A stretch of DNA of 64,000 nucleotides, taken from an uncultured Thermotogae bacterium. Lineage in GTDB: Bacteria > Bipolaricaulota > Bipolaricaulia > CAYUCE01. The stretch is from positions 577 to 64,576 of the forward strand of contig CAYUCE010000001.1 in NCBI GenBank assembly GCA_964443275.1, written 5' to 3'. Under the pieces are notes generated by a model. That model was not told where the DNA came from. It did not search any database and worked only from the letters and a program-made list of their open reading frames with translations. Positions 38,131-49,267 of this stretch are shown in pieces; within the stretch, counting starts at the first letter, position 1; every line of letters starts with the position of its first letter. The translations under genes were made by a program, and so were the position numbers.

Positions 38131-38244
38131 TTACCCCTGTCGCTGCTTGTGCTTAGGATTCTTACAAATTACTACTAACCTGCCGTTTCTTCTCACTATC
38201 TTACATTTATTGCATATCTTTTTCACTGAACTTCTTACTTTCAT
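38131..38244 (-). CDS. rpmJ: 50S ribosomal protein L36 (Zn-ribbon type), missed by ORF track
   Basis: The reverse strand encodes [37 protein letters not shown] (37 aa), the canonical L36 sequence with a CxxC...C...H zinc motif. Lies between infA and rpsM as expected. Confidence 0.85.
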   Translation of the reverse strand: MKVRSSVKKICNKCKIVRRNGRLVVICKNPKHKQRQG

Positions 38245-38272
38245 CGAACACCTCTACTTTACTTAAGGTAGG

Positions 38273-38524
38273 TCAACTTTCACGATAAACGATCCTACCT
38301 TTGGAAAGATCATAGGGAGAAAACTCCACTACTACTCGATCTCCAGTCAAGATACGAATATGGTACTTTCTTATTTTACCTGACACATGACAAAGCGCCT
38401 CATGACCGTTATCCAGCCTGACCTTAAACATAGAGTTAGAGTAAGCTTCTATCACTTCCCCTTTTTTCCTAATTACCCGTTCCCGCTTATCCTGGTCTTG
38501 GTTATCTTTATTTTCCTCATTCAT
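38273..38524 (-). CDS. infA: Translation initiation factor IF-1
   Basis: 83 aa, S1-like OB fold ([32 protein letters not shown]). Confidence 0.9.
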   Translation of the reverse strand: MNEENKDNQDQDKRERVIRKKGEVIEAYSNSMFKVRLDNGHEALCHVSGKIRKYHIRILTGDRVVVEFSPYDLSKGRIVYRES

Positions 38525-38526
38525 TA

Positions 38527-39285
38527 TTATTTAAGCTCCGCCCTGGTTAGGACTTCGCAAGTCCCGTTGGTTATCAACACCATATCTTCCTCGTGTGCTG
38601 ACAGCTTACCGTCCGGGGTAATCACGGTCCAACCATCATCCAATATACTTACTTCTTGTGGACTCTGCTTCACCATAGGTTCGAGAGCCAAAATCATGCC
38701 TGAGCGAAGGAGCGCCCCTTGGGCCGGCGGTCCGTAATTAGGCACCTGAGGATCTTCGTGCAAATCCCGACCGATTCCATGGCCTACAAATTGCTTCACC
38801 ACATAAAAACCTTTACTTTCTACGTAAGATCCAATAGCATGAGATATATCCGAAACCCGGTTGCCAGCTCGTGAGGCTTCAATTCCCTTCTTCAATGCGG
38901 CCTGACAAACTGCGATAATCTCTTTGGCTTCCTTACCTCCATCCCCCACCGTGAAACTTCGGGCCAAATCAGCATAAAGACCTCCCCTTTCAATTCCCAT
39001 ATCTATAGATAACAAATCGCCCTTTTTTAGCACCCGCTCATCAGATGGAATCCCATGTACTATTTCCTCATTAATACAGGTACAGATTGAAGCTGGAAAT
39101 CCCCTATAGCCCCTAAATGCCGGCTTGGCCTCGTAATCTTCCATCAGCTCTTCAGCCAACCTATTTAAAAACCCGGTGGATACCCCTTCCTCGGCTTTAA
39201 GCTGCATCTCCTTAACAATCTCTTGTAAGATTAAGCAATTATCCTTGATAACTTTTATCTCCTGGGTGGATTTTAACTTGATCAT
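38527..39285 (-). CDS. map: Methionine aminopeptidase type I
   Basis: 252 aa with a pita-bread fold and conserved metal-ligand Asp/His/Glu pattern. Confidence 0.9.
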   Translation of the reverse strand: MIKLKSTQEIKVIKDNCLILQEIVKEMQLKAEEGVSTGFLNRLAEELMEDYEAKPAFRGYRGFPASICTCINEEIVHGIPSDERVLKKGDLLSIDMGIERGGLYADLARSFTVGDGGKEAKEIIAVCQAALKKGIEASRAGNRVSDISHAIGSYVESKGFYVVKQFVGHGIGRDLHEDPQVPNYGPPAQGALLRSGMILALEPMVKQSPQEVSILDDGWTVITPDGKLSAHEEDMVLITNGTCEVLTRAELK

Positions 39286-39297
39286 TATCTTCAGTTT

Positions 39298-39948
39298 CTA
39301 TGTTTTAATTTGATCTAGGTGCTTTAGGATATCTTTATGTATCCTTTCGATGCCGCGATCACCATCTATAGTTATCAATTTTTCCCTGTCAGCATAATAT
39401 TCCTTTAAAGGAGCGGTGCTTCTTTCATATACCTCAAATCTATTTTCGACTACCTCTCTCTTATCGTCAGACCGCTGATACAACTTATGGCCACACTTAT
39501 CACAAATCCCCTCTTCTTCGGGTGGATTGTGTACCAAATTATACGTCTTTCCGCAATTTTTACATATCCGCCTTGCAGAAAGCCTCTCAACTCCTATCTG
39601 CAACTCAAGCTTTATGTTGAGCACTACATCCACATCGGCAAAGCCGGATAAAATTTCAGCCTGCTTCAAAGTTCGAGGAAAACCATCTAGCACATAGCCA
39701 TCCGCGCTCTTCTTTATCCGCTCCAACATTATATCTGCGATAAGCTTGTCGGGGACCAACTCACCTCGATCAACATATTTTTTAGCTTCTTTTCCTAAGT
39801 CCGTCCCCTTGCTAATTTCCTCTCTTAACGTATCCCCAGCATCCAGATGAACAATACCCAGCTTGTTTGCCAACAGCTCTGCTTGCGTACCTTTTCCCGC
39901 CCCCGGCGGACCCAACATAACAATCTTCTTACTAGATTTATTATTCAT
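39298..39948 (-). CDS. adk: Adenylate kinase (zinc-lid form)
   Basis: GPPGAGKGTQ P-loop; lid CKNCGKTYN...CDKCGHKL. Confidence 0.9.
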   Translation of the reverse strand: MNNKSSKKIVMLGPPGAGKGTQAELLANKLGIVHLDAGDTLREEISKGTDLGKEAKKYVDRGELVPDKLIADIMLERIKKSADGYVLDGFPRTLKQAEILSGFADVDVVLNIKLELQIGVERLSARRICKNCGKTYNLVHNPPEEEGICDKCGHKLYQRSDDKREVVENRFEVYERSTAPLKEYYADREKLITIDGDRGIERIHKDILKHLDQIKT

Positions 39949-39994
39949 TTAATTTTACCAAAAATATAAGGATATGAAAGCTTACCAGCCTTAC

Positions 39995-41299
39995 TTACAT
40001 CCTTCTTCCCAGTCCTCCGCCTCCCCTTCCCACCAACTTTTCGTAATGCCGCTCGGCCATGTGGGACTCAATCTGCTGGATAGTGTCAATACCTACTCCT
40101 ACCACGATGAGGATGGAAGTACCACCCAGGGCGAAAGTTACCGAAAGGCTGGGGTTCCCAATGATGCCCATCAAAATATAAGGAAGCAAGGCAATAGAAG
40201 CTAAAAACAGCGCTCCAATTAAAATAATCCTGTTTACCACCTGACTAACGTAATCTGAAGTCGGCCTTCCCGGGCGTATACCGGGTATAAACCCTCCCCA
40301 CTCCTTCAAATTTTTGGATAAATCTTTGGGATCGAAAACAATCGAGCTGTAAAAGTAAGTGAAGAAAATAATCAAAGCTGCATAAGCCATTAGATAGTAC
40401 GGGCTGCCCTGCTGCACATAAGTTTGTAACCACTCCAGGCCGGGTAAAAATTGTATGAAAAAACCGGGCAGCTGCAGGAGTGCAGTAGCAAATATAATCG
40501 GAATTACCCCTCCTTGATTTACTTTGAGAGGAATATAGGTACTTTGACCTCCGTAGACCTTGCCCTTGACCACCCGCTTTGCATATTGAACATTTATCCG
40601 CCTTGCTCCCAACTGAACCATCACAATCCCCGCCACAACCACCACCAACACCCCCACTAAGACAAGAGCCCAAAAAGGGTTAACCGATCCGGTGGAAACA
40701 AGAAAATATGTGTCGGAGATCTGGGAGGGAAATCGGGAAACAATACCGATCATGATAATCATAGATATACCTCGGCCTATCCCGTTTTCGGTTATCCGCT
40801 CCCCCAACCACATTAAAAATAGGGTACCGGTAACCAGAGAAGTCACGGAGATAAGGTAAAAACCCAAACTAGGCCTAGCGATGCCTTGACTGGTTAACAT
40901 AACACTTATAGCCAAAGCCTGGACGAAAGCGAGCCCTACGGTCCCATAACGAGTATATTTATTTATTACCTTTCTACCCTCCTCTCCCTGCTGCTGCAGT
41001 TCCTTTAAAGTAGGAATGACCGCGGTGAGCAAACTCATAATAATAGAAGCGTTAATGTAGGGTATTACACCTAATGCAAACAATGAAAACCGCTGCAGTG
41101 CACCACCGGCGAACATATTCAAAAATTGAAAGACTCCTCCACCCAGAAACTGCTGGAAGAAATTTTGCAGGGCCTGAACGTCTACTCCGGGAACTGGAAT
41201 ATGAGTACCTACACGAAAAACTATAATTGCTCCCAGGGTAAACAGGGCCCTCTTTCTAAGCTCAGGTATCCCAAAAGCCTTGATTATTTGTTCAAACAA
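39995..41299 (-). CDS. secY: Preprotein translocase subunit SecY
   Basis: 434 aa with 10 TM helices. Lies between rplO and adk. Confidence 0.9.
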   Translation of the reverse strand: MFEQIIKAFGIPELRKRALFTLGAIIVFRVGTHIPVPGVDVQALQNFFQQFLGGGVFQFLNMFAGGALQRFSLFALGVIPYINASIIMSLLTAVIPTLKELQQQGEEGRKVINKYTRYGTVGLAFVQALAISVMLTSQGIARPSLGFYLISVTSLVTGTLFLMWLGERITENGIGRGISMIIMIGIVSRFPSQISDTYFLVSTGSVNPFWALVLVGVLVVVVAGIVMVQLGARRINVQYAKRVVKGKVYGGQSTYIPLKVNQGGVIPIIFATALLQLPGFFIQFLPGLEWLQTYVQQGSPYYLMAYAALIIFFTYFYSSIVFDPKDLSKNLKEWGGFIPGIRPGRPTSDYVSQVVNRIILIGALFLASIALLPYILMGIIGNPSLSVTFALGGTSILIVVGVGIDTIQQIESHMAERHYEKLVGRGGGGLGRRM

Positions 41300-41308
41300 A
41301 TTTTTCCC

Positions 41309-41770
41309 CTATTTGGCTAACTTTACTACCTCTCCACCAGCCTGCTGGATCTTCTCCCTAGCCTTTTGGGAGAACTTATGGGCTTTTACAGTTAGGCTCT
41401 TTTTAAGTTCGCCTCGCCCCAGTATCTTTACTCCATCGCCAATAGACTTTCCCGAAATAATTCCACTTTCCGCCAGGATAGCCGGTGTAACCTCTGAGCC
41501 AACGGAGAAGGTCTCGTCCAATCTATCCACGTTTACCAAGCAGTATTTCTTTGAGGTTGGGTTATTAAATCCACGCTTAGGGATCTTCTTCCACAGGGGA
41601 GTTTGTCCACCTTCAAAACCTGGCAGCATACTCACTCCCGCTCGGGCATTTTGACCCTTATCACCTCGACCGCTTTTGTCCCCATAGCCGGATCCCGAAC
41701 CTCTACCTATTCTCTTTCTGGATTTCTTCTTCTGTTTAGGTTTTAGATCTTCAAGCCTCATTGACCCCAC
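41309..41770 (-). CDS. rplO: 50S ribosomal protein L15
   Basis: 153 aa with a Gly/Arg-rich N-terminus. No rpmD (L30) lies between it and rpsE. Confidence 0.9.
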   Translation of the reverse strand: MGSMRLEDLKPKQKKKSRKRIGRGSGSGYGDKSGRGDKGQNARAGVSMLPGFEGGQTPLWKKIPKRGFNNPTSKKYCLVNVDRLDETFSVGSEVTPAILAESGIISGKSIGDGVKILGRGELKKSLTVKAHKFSQKAREKIQQAGGEVVKLAK

Positions 41771-42245
41771 CTGCCTTCTCTAATTCCTTATCCCTTAAAT
41801 CTGCTACCTCCCCCAAAGTTCTTAAGTTCCCCAATCCATTGATGGTGGCCTTGGCTAAGGTAAGTGGATTATTGGAACCTAGCGACTTAGTCAATATATT
41901 CCTAATCCCGACCAACCTACATATTGTCCCCACTGTCTCCCCCGCAATTACTCCAGTTCCCGGGTAAGCCGGTTTAAGGAGAACCCGTCCCGCTTTAAAT
42001 TTGCCGATCACCTGATGAGGAATAGTTCCATCCTTTACCGGAACCTTTATTATATTCTTCTCTGCATCCCTAACCCCTTGCTGAATAGCCCGGGGAATGT
42101 TTCGAGTGTTACCCTTTCCTATACCTACCCGGCCTTCATTGTCACCTACGGCCACTATCACCCGAAAACCTAAATTACGCCCCCCCTTAACTACCTTGCT
42201 TACTCTACTTATGTCTATTACTTCATTATCTAGCTCTTCAGCCAT
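41751..42245 (-). CDS. rpsE: 30S ribosomal protein S5
   Basis: 164 aa with dsRBD-like and S5 C-terminal domains. Confidence 0.9.
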   Translation of the reverse strand: MAEELDNEVIDISRVSKVVKGGRNLGFRVIVAVGDNEGRVGIGKGNTRNIPRAIQQGVRDAEKNIIKVPVKDGTIPHQVIGKFKAGRVLLKPAYPGTGVIAGETVGTICRLVGIRNILTKSLGSNNPLTLAKATINGLGNLRTLGEVADLRDKELEKAGGVNEA

Positions 42246-42263
42246 CTTCCTCCAATTGATACA

Positions 42264-42620
42264 CTAAAATTCAAGCCCACCAACTCTAGCCTTTTCTGCT
42301 ACCTGCTTCACAATTCCATGATAGGGGTATCCACTTCGATCAAAGACCACCTTTTTTATTCCCTGTTTCTTTGCTTTTTCGGCCACCAACTTGCCTATCT
42401 TTTTCGCCGACTGGATATTGCAACCAGCCCCATTTAACTCTTGATCCAGAGTAGAAGCAGCCACCAAAGTCTCCCCCTTGGTATCATCGATAAGTTGAAC
42501 ATATAAATGATTTAAACTCTTGGACACACACATTCTGGGCCTATCTTTTGTCCCGAAAATCTTTTTCCTTACCCTTCTATGTCTCTTCCTTCGACTCTCT
42601 TCTCTACTTTTGGCTGTCAT
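42264..42620 (-). CDS. rplR: 50S ribosomal protein L18
   Basis: 118 aa; ...[20 protein letters not shown]... L18 pattern. Confidence 0.9.
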   Translation of the reverse strand: MTAKSREESRRKRHRRVRKKIFGTKDRPRMCVSKSLNHLYVQLIDDTKGETLVAASTLDQELNGAGCNIQSAKKIGKLVAEKAKKQGIKKVVFDRSGYPYHGIVKQVAEKARVGGLEF

Positions 42621-42646
42621 TTATCCAACCTCTAACTCTGGCCTCA

Positions 42647-43207
42647 TTAAGCCCCTAAAGCCTCTCCAGCTCCCCCCAATTTGCCCTCTTTCTGAATAAC
42701 TTCTTCATCTTTGTACCTAACTCCCTTACCTTTATAGGGCTCCGGTGGTCGGATGGAACGGATATCTGCAGCTATTTGTCCTACTAACTGTTTATCGGCA
42801 CCGCGTATTGTAATTTCAGTCCTGTCTTCAACTTCTGCCTGAATGCCGTCTGGCAACTTATATTCTACTGGATTTGAAAAACCCAGCTCTAGGATCATCT
42901 TACTTCCCTCCAGGCGGGCGCGATATCCCAACCCTTTCAAAACCAATCGCTTTTCAAAGGGTTCTACCACTCCCTTTACCATGTTGTAAATCAAACTTCT
43001 ATATAGCCCGTGCTGTGCCTTACCAGTCTTGTCATTCCGCAGTCGATCTAGCTTTATTTGACCCTTTTCTACCTTGACAGAAACCAGCCGCCAATTATAT
43101 TCTTGGGTTAGGACCGTGCCGTTACATTCCACTTTAACCAGGCCCTTGGTAACTTCTACATTTACCCCTTCCGGGATATCGATAGGAACCTTGCCCATTC
43201 TAGACAT
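42647..43207 (-). CDS. rplF: 50S ribosomal protein L6
   Basis: MSRMGKVPIDIP N-terminus; the start is trimmed from ORF-track 43219 to the internal Met. Confidence 0.85.
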   Translation of the reverse strand: MSRMGKVPIDIPEGVNVEVTKGLVKVECNGTVLTQEYNWRLVSVKVEKGQIKLDRLRNDKTGKAQHGLYRSLIYNMVKGVVEPFEKRLVLKGLGYRARLEGSKMILELGFSNPVEYKLPDGIQAEVEDRTEITIRGADKQLVGQIAADIRSIRPPEPYKGKGVRYKDEEVIQKEGKLGGAGEALGA

Positions 43208-43212
43208 ATCTA

Positions 43213-43641
43213 TCACCAAATCTTGAAAAGAAGTTCACCGCCTACTTTCCTCTTCCTAGCTTCCTTCCCAGTCATTACTCCATGTGAAGTTGAGAGCACG
43301 CATGTTCCCAACCCGGAGACAACTTCCGGTATCTGGTCCGTTTTAGTATACACACGAGTGGAAGGTTTGCTTACCCTTTCAATATTCTCAATCACTCTTA
43401 CTTTCTCCCTTCTACCTTTGCCCCGCCCGCCGGACTTTTGCTTATACTTCAACTTTATTAATATATCCTGCTTTGAATCTTGGGATCTCTCTTCATAATC
43501 TTCTATATAACCTTCCTCTTTCAAAATCTTCGCTATAGCCAATTTCAAGTTAGATCGGGGCACCCTCACCTTTCGGTGAAATCGCCCATTTGCATTCTTT
43601 ATTCTAACTAACATATCTGCTATTGGATCTTCAATAGTCAT
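43213..43641 (-). CDS. rpsH: 30S ribosomal protein S8
   Basis: 142 aa; DPIADMLVRIKNA N-terminus. Confidence 0.9.
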   Translation of the reverse strand: MTIEDPIADMLVRIKNANGRFHRKVRVPRSNLKLAIAKILKEEGYIEDYEERSQDSKQDILIKLKYKQKSGGRGKGRREKVRVIENIERVSKPSTRVYTKTDQIPEVVSGLGTCVLSTSHGVMTGKEARKRKVGGELLFKIW

Positions 43642-43741
43642 AGACTTTTCCCTCCCGGTTTACTGCTTTCATAAAAGCTAAAAAGCCTTATCTTCGATCA
43701 ATCATATACAAATTATTCCCATAAGTATTTAAAAACTACCC

Positions 43742-43927
43742 TTACCAGCTTGACTTTTTAACCCCGGGGATTTCTCCTCTGTGGGCAAGCTTTCTAAAGC
43801 AAAGACGACATACACCAAAATCCCTTATGTATCCTCTTGCCCGCCCACATATCCTGCAGCGATTGTATTCCCTGCTGCTATATTTCTTCTCTTTTTTGAA
43901 TTTTTCAATAAGTGCTTGTCTGGCCAT
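43742..43927 (-). CDS. rpsN: 30S ribosomal protein S14 type Z (zinc-binding)
   Basis: 61 aa core; [22 protein letters not shown] zinc ribbon; ends IPGVKKSSW. Confidence 0.85.
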   Translation of the reverse strand: MARQALIEKFKKEKKYSSREYNRCRICGRARGYIRDFGVCRLCFRKLAHRGEIPGVKKSSW

Positions 43928-43928
43928 T

Positions 43929-44459
43929 TTAATCACTAAATGGTAATCCCATCTCCTTAAGCAAATAATAAGCCTCTTGATCCGAATCCGCTGTGGTAAC
44001 TATAGTTATATCCATCCCTTGCACCGTTTCAATATCGTCGTAATTAATCTCTGGAAAGATCAACTGTTCCCCTATTCCCAGAGAATAGTTACCCCTACCA
44101 TCAAAGGAGTCCGAGGAAAGCCCCCGAAAGTCACGCAATCCAGGCAATACTAAATTGAATAACTTTTCCAAAAAAGCAAAAGCCCGCTGTTTTCTTAAAG
44201 TAACCTTACACCCGATCTGGTCACCCTGGGAAACTCCAAAATCGGAAATGGACTTTTTGGCTCGGGTGGCAACTGGCTTTTGCCCGCTAATCTGTGTTAA
44301 ATCATCCATTGCACTTTGTAGGACTTTTGGATTATCTACCTGAGATACCCCCATGTTGACCACCACTTTTCCCAGCTTTGGTACCTGCATAGGGTTATCG
44401 TAGTTAAGCCTGTCTATCAACTTTGGCGCTATTTCCTCTTTAAACCTTTCTTTCAACAT
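43929..44459 (-). CDS. rplE: 50S ribosomal protein L5
   Basis: 176 aa, L5 fold. Confidence 0.9.
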   Translation of the reverse strand: MLKERFKEEIAPKLIDRLNYDNPMQVPKLGKVVVNMGVSQVDNPKVLQSAMDDLTQISGQKPVATRAKKSISDFGVSQGDQIGCKVTLRKQRAFAFLEKLFNLVLPGLRDFRGLSSDSFDGRGNYSLGIGEQLIFPEINYDDIETVQGMDITIVTTADSDQEAYYLLKEMGLPFSD

Positions 44460-44773
44460 TAGCTAAAACTTTGCCCACACTTTTTGCAGAGGCGAAGTTT
44501 TTCTCCATTTTCTAAAATCTTGAAACCAACCCGAGTGGGTTTTTTGCACTCCGGGCATATAGGAAGCACATCCGAAATATGAATGGGGCCTTCCTGCTCA
44601 ATTATCCCCCCCTCACGTTGGCGGGCGGTGGGCCTTTGGTGCCGGGTTATCATATTAATATTCTCTACTACTATTTCATCCTCACCGGGAAAGACTTTTA
44701 ACACTTCCCCCTCTTTACCGCGGTCGTTTCCAGCAGTTACCTTCACCCTATCACCCTTCTTAACCTTTCTCAT
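44459..44773 (-). CDS. rplX: 50S ribosomal protein L24
   Basis: 104 aa; [13 protein letters not shown] motif. Confidence 0.9.
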   Translation of the reverse strand: MRKVKKGDRVKVTAGNDRGKEGEVLKVFPGEDEIVVENINMITRHQRPTARQREGGIIEQEGPIHISDVLPICPECKKPTRVGFKILENGEKLRLCKKCGQSFS

Positions 44774-44775
44774 CC

Positions 44776-45141
44776 TTATAGCACCTCCGGAGCTAGGGAA
44801 ATTACCCGTAACATATTTCTGGCTCTAAGTTCCCGGGTCACCGGTCCAAAAATGCGGGTACCTACAGGCTCCAGATAGTCATTCACCAGGATGGCCGCGT
44901 TGTCATCAAAGCGGATATATGAACCATCCGATCTTTGTAAGCCTTCCCTAGTTCTAATAATTATCGCCTTGACCAGGTCACCTTTTTCCATCTCGCTGGT
45001 GGGAATCCTTTTCCTAACCGAACCTACGATAAGATCGCCAATACCGCCTTTATTCTTGGAATGACCCAGGACGTTTATGCACTTTAATTCCTTTACCCCG
45101 GAATTATCCGCTACTTTCAATATAGCTTCTGGTTGAATCAT
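44776..45141 (-). CDS. rplN: 50S ribosomal protein L14
   Basis: [16 protein letters not shown]-terminus. The ORF-track start 45195 adds 18 non-homologous residues, so the start is trimmed to the canonical Met (122 aa). Confidence 0.85.
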   Translation of the reverse strand: MIQPEAILKVADNSGVKELKCINVLGHSKNKGGIGDLIVGSVRKRIPTSEMEKGDLVKAIIIRTREGLQRSDGSYIRFDDNAAILVNDYLEPVGTRIFGPVTRELRARNMLRVISLAPEVL

Positions 45142-45211
45142 GTCTATAAGATGTAAATAGTGAGCTAAAAGAATCAGTAACATACAGTTAATCACTATTC
45201 ACTTAAGCTAC

Positions 45212-45448
45212 TCACCCTCTTTTTCGTATAACCTTCTCCAACTTCCATCTTTTCTTCTTGGATATGGGCCTGGTTTCCACTATTCTCACCGTATCCCCCA
45301 CCTTCGCCTCTTCTTTTTCGTCATGGGCATAGAACTTGGAAGCCTTACGAACGTACTTTTTATAGCGCGAATGAGGCACCGATCTTTCCACCATCACGGT
45401 GATCGTCTTATCCATCTTATCGGAGACTACTTTTCCGGTCTTTTCCAT
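45212..45448 (-). CDS. rpsQ: 30S ribosomal protein S17
   Basis: 78 aa OB fold. Confidence 0.9.
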   Translation of the reverse strand: MEKTGKVVSDKMDKTITVMVERSVPHSRYKKYVRKASKFYAHDEKEEAKVGDTVRIVETRPISKKKRWKLEKVIRKRG

Positions 45449-45465
45449 TCTTAACTATCCTCCAT

Positions 45466-45684
45466 CTATTCAGCTTCCAGTTCCCTTTCCCTGAGTATGG
45501 TCTTCACCCGGGCAACATCTTTTCTAGTCTCAGCCAAAAAAGCTGTGTTATCCTGCTGGTCAGTAGCCACCTGGAACCTCAAATTAAATAGTTTACCTTT
45601 CAGTTCCTCTTCCTTGGCCTCAAGCTCCTGGTCAGTCAAGTCACGTAAAGTTCTTGCTCGCATCTTCTTGGACTCACTTCCCAA
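45466..45684 (-). CDS. rpmC: 50S ribosomal protein L29
   Basis: 72 aa helical protein; LRDLTDQELEAKEEELKGKLFNLRFQ. Confidence 0.85.
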   Translation of the reverse strand: MGSESKKMRARTLRDLTDQELEAKEEELKGKLFNLRFQVATDQQDNTAFLAETRKDVARVKTILRERELEAE

Positions 45685-45699
45685 TAATTTTCGAAAATC

Positions 45700-46158
45700 T
45701 TAACCCTTGAGCCTTTCTCCACGGCTCACTTCCTCCCCACCTAACCTCATAGCCCGTTTGAGCCTGGTCCGTATAGGAAGCTTGTAGGATACCAGCTTAT
45801 GGACCCTCTCTGCCTTCTGTTTAGAAATACCCGCCATTTCAAACATCACTCTGGCCGGCAAAACCACAGCTACCCACCCTTCAGGTTCTCCTTTACCCTT
45901 ACCCATCCGGGTCTCAGCCGCAGTCTTAGTCACCGGCTTATCGGGAAATATTCTGATCCAAACCTTAGAACCCTTTCCCAACTCGCGAGTGAGCACCATT
46001 CGGCAGGATTCTATCTGTTCGCTGGTAATCCACGCCGGTTCCAAGGCTTGAATACCCCAATCCCCAAACGAAACAGTTGCTCCCCTACTAGCCCTACCCT
46101 TTCGCCTTCCTCGCTGCTCTTTTCTAAATTTCTTCTTTTTCGGATATAACAGTGGCAT
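45700..46158 (-). CDS. rplP: 50S ribosomal protein L16
   Basis: 152 aa; [13 protein letters not shown]-terminus. Confidence 0.9.
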   Translation of the reverse strand: MPLLYPKKKKFRKEQRGRRKGRASRGATVSFGDWGIQALEPAWITSEQIESCRMVLTRELGKGSKVWIRIFPDKPVTKTAAETRMGKGKGEPEGWVAVVLPARVMFEMAGISKQKAERVHKLVSYKLPIRTRLKRAMRLGGEEVSRGERLKG

Positions 46159-46179
46159 AGCAATAAAGATCCTTATACT

Positions 46180-46842
46180 TTAAGGAGAAGGAGCTACTCC
46201 CTCAGCTAGCTCTTCCGGCAGTATCTCTCCCCTAAAAACCCAAGCCTTAACCCCTATAGGACCGTATTTAGTCCTGGCTTCGGTAAACCCATAATCTATA
46301 TCAGCTCTGATGGTCTGTAGAGGGACCCTCCCAGCCATTCTATCCACGGAACGAGCAATATCTGCTCCCCCCAGGCGGCCGCTGCATTTAACTTTGACCC
46401 CTTCCGCACCGTTTCTCATCACTCGCTCTACTACTTCGCGCATTGCACGGGCCGGGGGAAACCTATTCTCAATTCGAAAGGCAACTTCCTCAGCCACCAA
46501 TATGGCTTCTAAATCCGGGTTTTCCACTTCCTTGATAGAAATCCTTACCTTCCTGCTTACCTTTCGTTCTAATTCCTTCTGAAACCTATCTATTTCCTTT
46601 CCCCCGGTACCGATTATTATCCCCGGACGAGCAGTACGGACAATTAATGACACCCTCTTATCAGTCGGCCTTTCGATATTCACCTCAGCCACACCAGCTC
46701 CCCGGTATCTTTCCCTTATCAGATCCCGTATTTGTTTATCCTCAGCTAGGTACTCCGGGGCCAACTCATCATCATACCAGTTTGATTTCCACTTCTTATT
46801 AACCCCCAGCCTAAATCCTATAGGGTGAGTTTTCTGACCCAT
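46180..46842 (-). CDS. rpsC: 30S ribosomal protein S3
   Basis: [14 protein letters not shown]-terminus with KH domain; 220 aa. Confidence 0.9.
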   Translation of the reverse strand: MGQKTHPIGFRLGVNKKWKSNWYDDELAPEYLAEDKQIRDLIRERYRGAGVAEVNIERPTDKRVSLIVRTARPGIIIGTGGKEIDRFQKELERKVSRKVRISIKEVENPDLEAILVAEEVAFRIENRFPPARAMREVVERVMRNGAEGVKVKCSGRLGGADIARSVDRMAGRVPLQTIRADIDYGFTEARTKYGPIGVKAWVFRGEILPEELAEGVAPSP

Positions 46843-47183
46843 TACTCGTCCTCTCCATCTGAGACAAAAACGGTGATATGACTTGTTCTTCTGTTTATTA
46901 TATCCGCTCTGCCCATAGCCCTAGGCTTTAACCTCTTTAATTTAGGTCCCTCATCTACATAAGCTTTACTAACCCGCAATTGATCGATGTCCATACCGAA
47001 ATTCTCCTCAGCATTAGCTATCGCCGATTCCAGAGTCTTTCTTATCTCTCGAGCCGCTTTCTTTTTCGAAAATCTAGTAATACGCAAAGCCCCGTCAACA
47101 TCCTTTCCTCTTATCTCATCAATTACCTCCCTAGCCTTGTAGGGAGAGATTCGTATATATTTGGATAAAGCTTTAGCTTCCAT
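46842..47183 (-). CDS. rplV: 50S ribosomal protein L22
   Basis: 113 aa. Confidence 0.9.
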   Translation of the reverse strand: MEAKALSKYIRISPYKAREVIDEIRGKDVDGALRITRFSKKKAAREIRKTLESAIANAEENFGMDIDQLRVSKAYVDEGPKLKRLKPRAMGRADIINRRTSHITVFVSDGEDE

Positions 47184-47205
47184 TTAATTATATCCTTCTT
47201 ATAGA

Positions 47206-47490
47206 TTACACCGGTGCAGGAGGCTTCTTCTTTTTGATTCCTCCGTGCTGTCTGAAAGTCCGGGTAGGAGCAAACTCACCTAATTTATGTCCAACCATAT
47301 TCTCTTGGATGGAAACCGGTACATGCTCCCTCCCATTGTGGACCTTTATAGTAAGACCCACCATCTTAGGGGTGATCACGGACGATCGGGACCAGGTCTT
47401 TATCTCCTCTAATTCACCCTTTTTCGCCTTTGCCACCTTGCGCTCTAGGCTTTCCTTTACATACGGCCCTTTCTTTGTCGATCGTGGCAT
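47206..47490 (-). CDS. rpsS: 30S ribosomal protein S19
   Basis: 94 aa; [15 protein letters not shown]. Confidence 0.9.
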   Translation of the reverse strand: MPRSTKKGPYVKESLERKVAKAKKGELEEIKTWSRSSVITPKMVGLTIKVHNGREHVPVSIQENMVGHKLGEFAPTRTFRQHGGIKKKKPPAPV

Positions 47491-47491
47491 C

Positions 47492-48331
47492 TTATTTCCC
47501 TCTCCTCCTTCCTATGTTCTTGAGTATTCTTTTATCATCCTTCTTGCGTCTAGTCTTTCCCCCCTTGGCCGGCAGTCCTTTAGGAGATACCGGCGGCCGA
47601 CCAACACGACCTCTTCCCTCACCACCTCCATGGGGATGATCAACAGCGTTCATGGCCACTCCCCGGGTCTTGGGACGGCGTCCCAAATGCCTCTTCCGTC
47701 CAGCTTTTCCAGATTTTACGTTTTTGTGATCTGGATTCGAAACCTGGCCTACAGTAGCCTGACATCTTTCGTCAAATACTCTCACTTCACCAGAAGGAAG
47801 CTTTAACCTTACCGCCCCCGCTTGTTCATCTTTTCCCAGAACTTGCGCCTGGGTGCCAGCAGAACGGGCAATCTTGCCCATACTACCCGGGTTAAACTCT
47901 ACGTTATGAACTGGAGTTCCTACCGGGATGTCCTTTAAAGATAGAGAATTACCGGGCTTAATTTCTGCTCCCTCCCCGGCTCTTACTTTAGTCCCCACTT
48001 CTAATCTTCGGGGGGCAATAATGTACCTCTTCTCCCCATCTTTATATTTGAGCAAGGCAATCCAAGCAGATCTGTTGGGATCGTATTCCAAGGATTGTAC
48101 CTCGGCAGGTATTTCTTCCTTATCCCGGTCAAAATCTATTATCCGATACTCACGCTTATGGCCTCCCCCTCTTCCTCTAACTGTGACCCTGCCTTGGTTA
48201 TTGCGCCCAGCTTGGCACTTCATCGGCTTAAGCAGGCTCTTTTCGGGTTCTTTGGCCGTAAGCTCCCCATAATCAGGTAGCTCTGAATGTCTTCTTCCAG
48301 GCGAAGTTGGTTTAAATCTTTTTAGTCCCAT
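47492..48331 (-). CDS. rplB: 50S ribosomal protein L2
   Basis: 279 aa; [20 protein letters not shown]. Confidence 0.9.
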   Translation of the reverse strand: MGLKRFKPTSPGRRHSELPDYGELTAKEPEKSLLKPMKCQAGRNNQGRVTVRGRGGGHKREYRIIDFDRDKEEIPAEVQSLEYDPNRSAWIALLKYKDGEKRYIIAPRRLEVGTKVRAGEGAEIKPGNSLSLKDIPVGTPVHNVEFNPGSMGKIARSAGTQAQVLGKDEQAGAVRLKLPSGEVRVFDERCQATVGQVSNPDHKNVKSGKAGRKRHLGRRPKTRGVAMNAVDHPHGGGEGRGRVGRPPVSPKGLPAKGGKTRRKKDDKRILKNIGRRRGK

Positions 48332-48347
48332 AATTAATCCTACCTTT

Positions 48348-48635
48348 TTACTGATAGATCTCTATCTGGTCTTCCTCAGCTAATTTAACTATGGCCTTCT
48401 TCCAGCTAGGCCGCTTCCCTTCTACATTAAACCTCATACTTCGGGGTTTACCCTTATAGTTCATAGTCCAAACCTTTTCTACCTTTACATCGAACAAGCT
48501 CTCAACTGCCTTTTGAATCTGGATTTTGTTCGCCTGCTGATGAACCCGAAAGGTGTACTTGTTCTGTTCTCCCTGAAGTCTCCAACTCTCTTCAGAAACT
48601 ATGGGCTCGATGATTACGTCCTCTGAATACTCCAT
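48348..48635 (-). CDS. rplW: 50S ribosomal protein L23
   Basis: 95 aa. Confidence 0.9.
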   Translation of the reverse strand: MEYSEDVIIEPIVSEESWRLQGEQNKYTFRVHQQANKIQIQKAVESLFDVKVEKVWTMNYKGKPRSMRFNVEGKRPSWKKAIVKLAEEDQIEIYQ

Positions 48636-48637
48636 CT

Positions 48638-49267
48638 TTAACTCAACCTTTCAACTAGTTCATCAAAAGCTTGCTTTGTAATTAATAACTCCTCATGCTT
48701 CAAAATGTCATAAACATTGACCCCGTTTGTGAGGAGACATTTAGCATGAGGAATATTGCTAAAGGATTTTTTTACTGCGATGTTTTCTTCCTCGGGCGAA
48801 ATTATTATAAGAACTTTATCATCAAAGTCAAGTTTATTTAATAGATCGATTCCCTGTTTAGTTCCAGGCTCTTCAAAGGCAATAGTGTCGATTAACTTGA
48901 GCTTGCCTTCCTTAAACCTAGCGGAGAGGGCCGTCCTTTTGGCCTTACTTTTCATCTTCTTAGGCAAGCGATAGTTATAATCCTTGGGCTGAGGACCAAA
49001 AGTTACTCCCCCTCCGACCCAAAGAGGGGTCTTTCGTGAACCATGCCTTGCCCGTCCCGTACCCTTCTGTCGCCAAGGTTTCCGGTTACTACCTGTTACC
49101 TCTGATCGCGTCTTGGTGGAAGCAGTACCCTGTCGGGCATTGGTCCTTTCCATCTTTACTGTCTTATACAAAAGATCCACATCGATATCCTCAAGAAAAA
49201 AGTGGGAATCTAGCTTAATCTCTCCAACCTCGCCATTTGCAAAATGATGTAGTTTAATGTTCACCAT
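48638..49267 (-). CDS. rplD: 50S ribosomal protein L4
   Basis: 209 aa; RKPWRQKGTGRARHGS. Confidence 0.9.
   Translation of the reverse strand: MVNIKLHHFANGEVGEIKLDSHFFLEDIDVDLLYKTVKMERTNARQGTASTKTRSEVTGSNRKPWRQKGTGRARHGSRKTPLWVGGGVTFGPQPKDYNYRLPKKMKSKAKRTALSARFKEGKLKLIDTIAFEEPGTKQGIDLLNKLDFDDKVLIIISPEEENIAVKKSFSNIPHAKCLLTNGVNVYDILKHEELLITKQAFDELVERLS

Noticed and set aside
45142-45195. 18-aa N-terminal extension on L14 ([18 protein letters not shown])
   Set aside because: It is non-homologous and hydrophobic. The canonical L14 start [15 protein letters not shown] follows, so the extension is an ORF-caller artefact.
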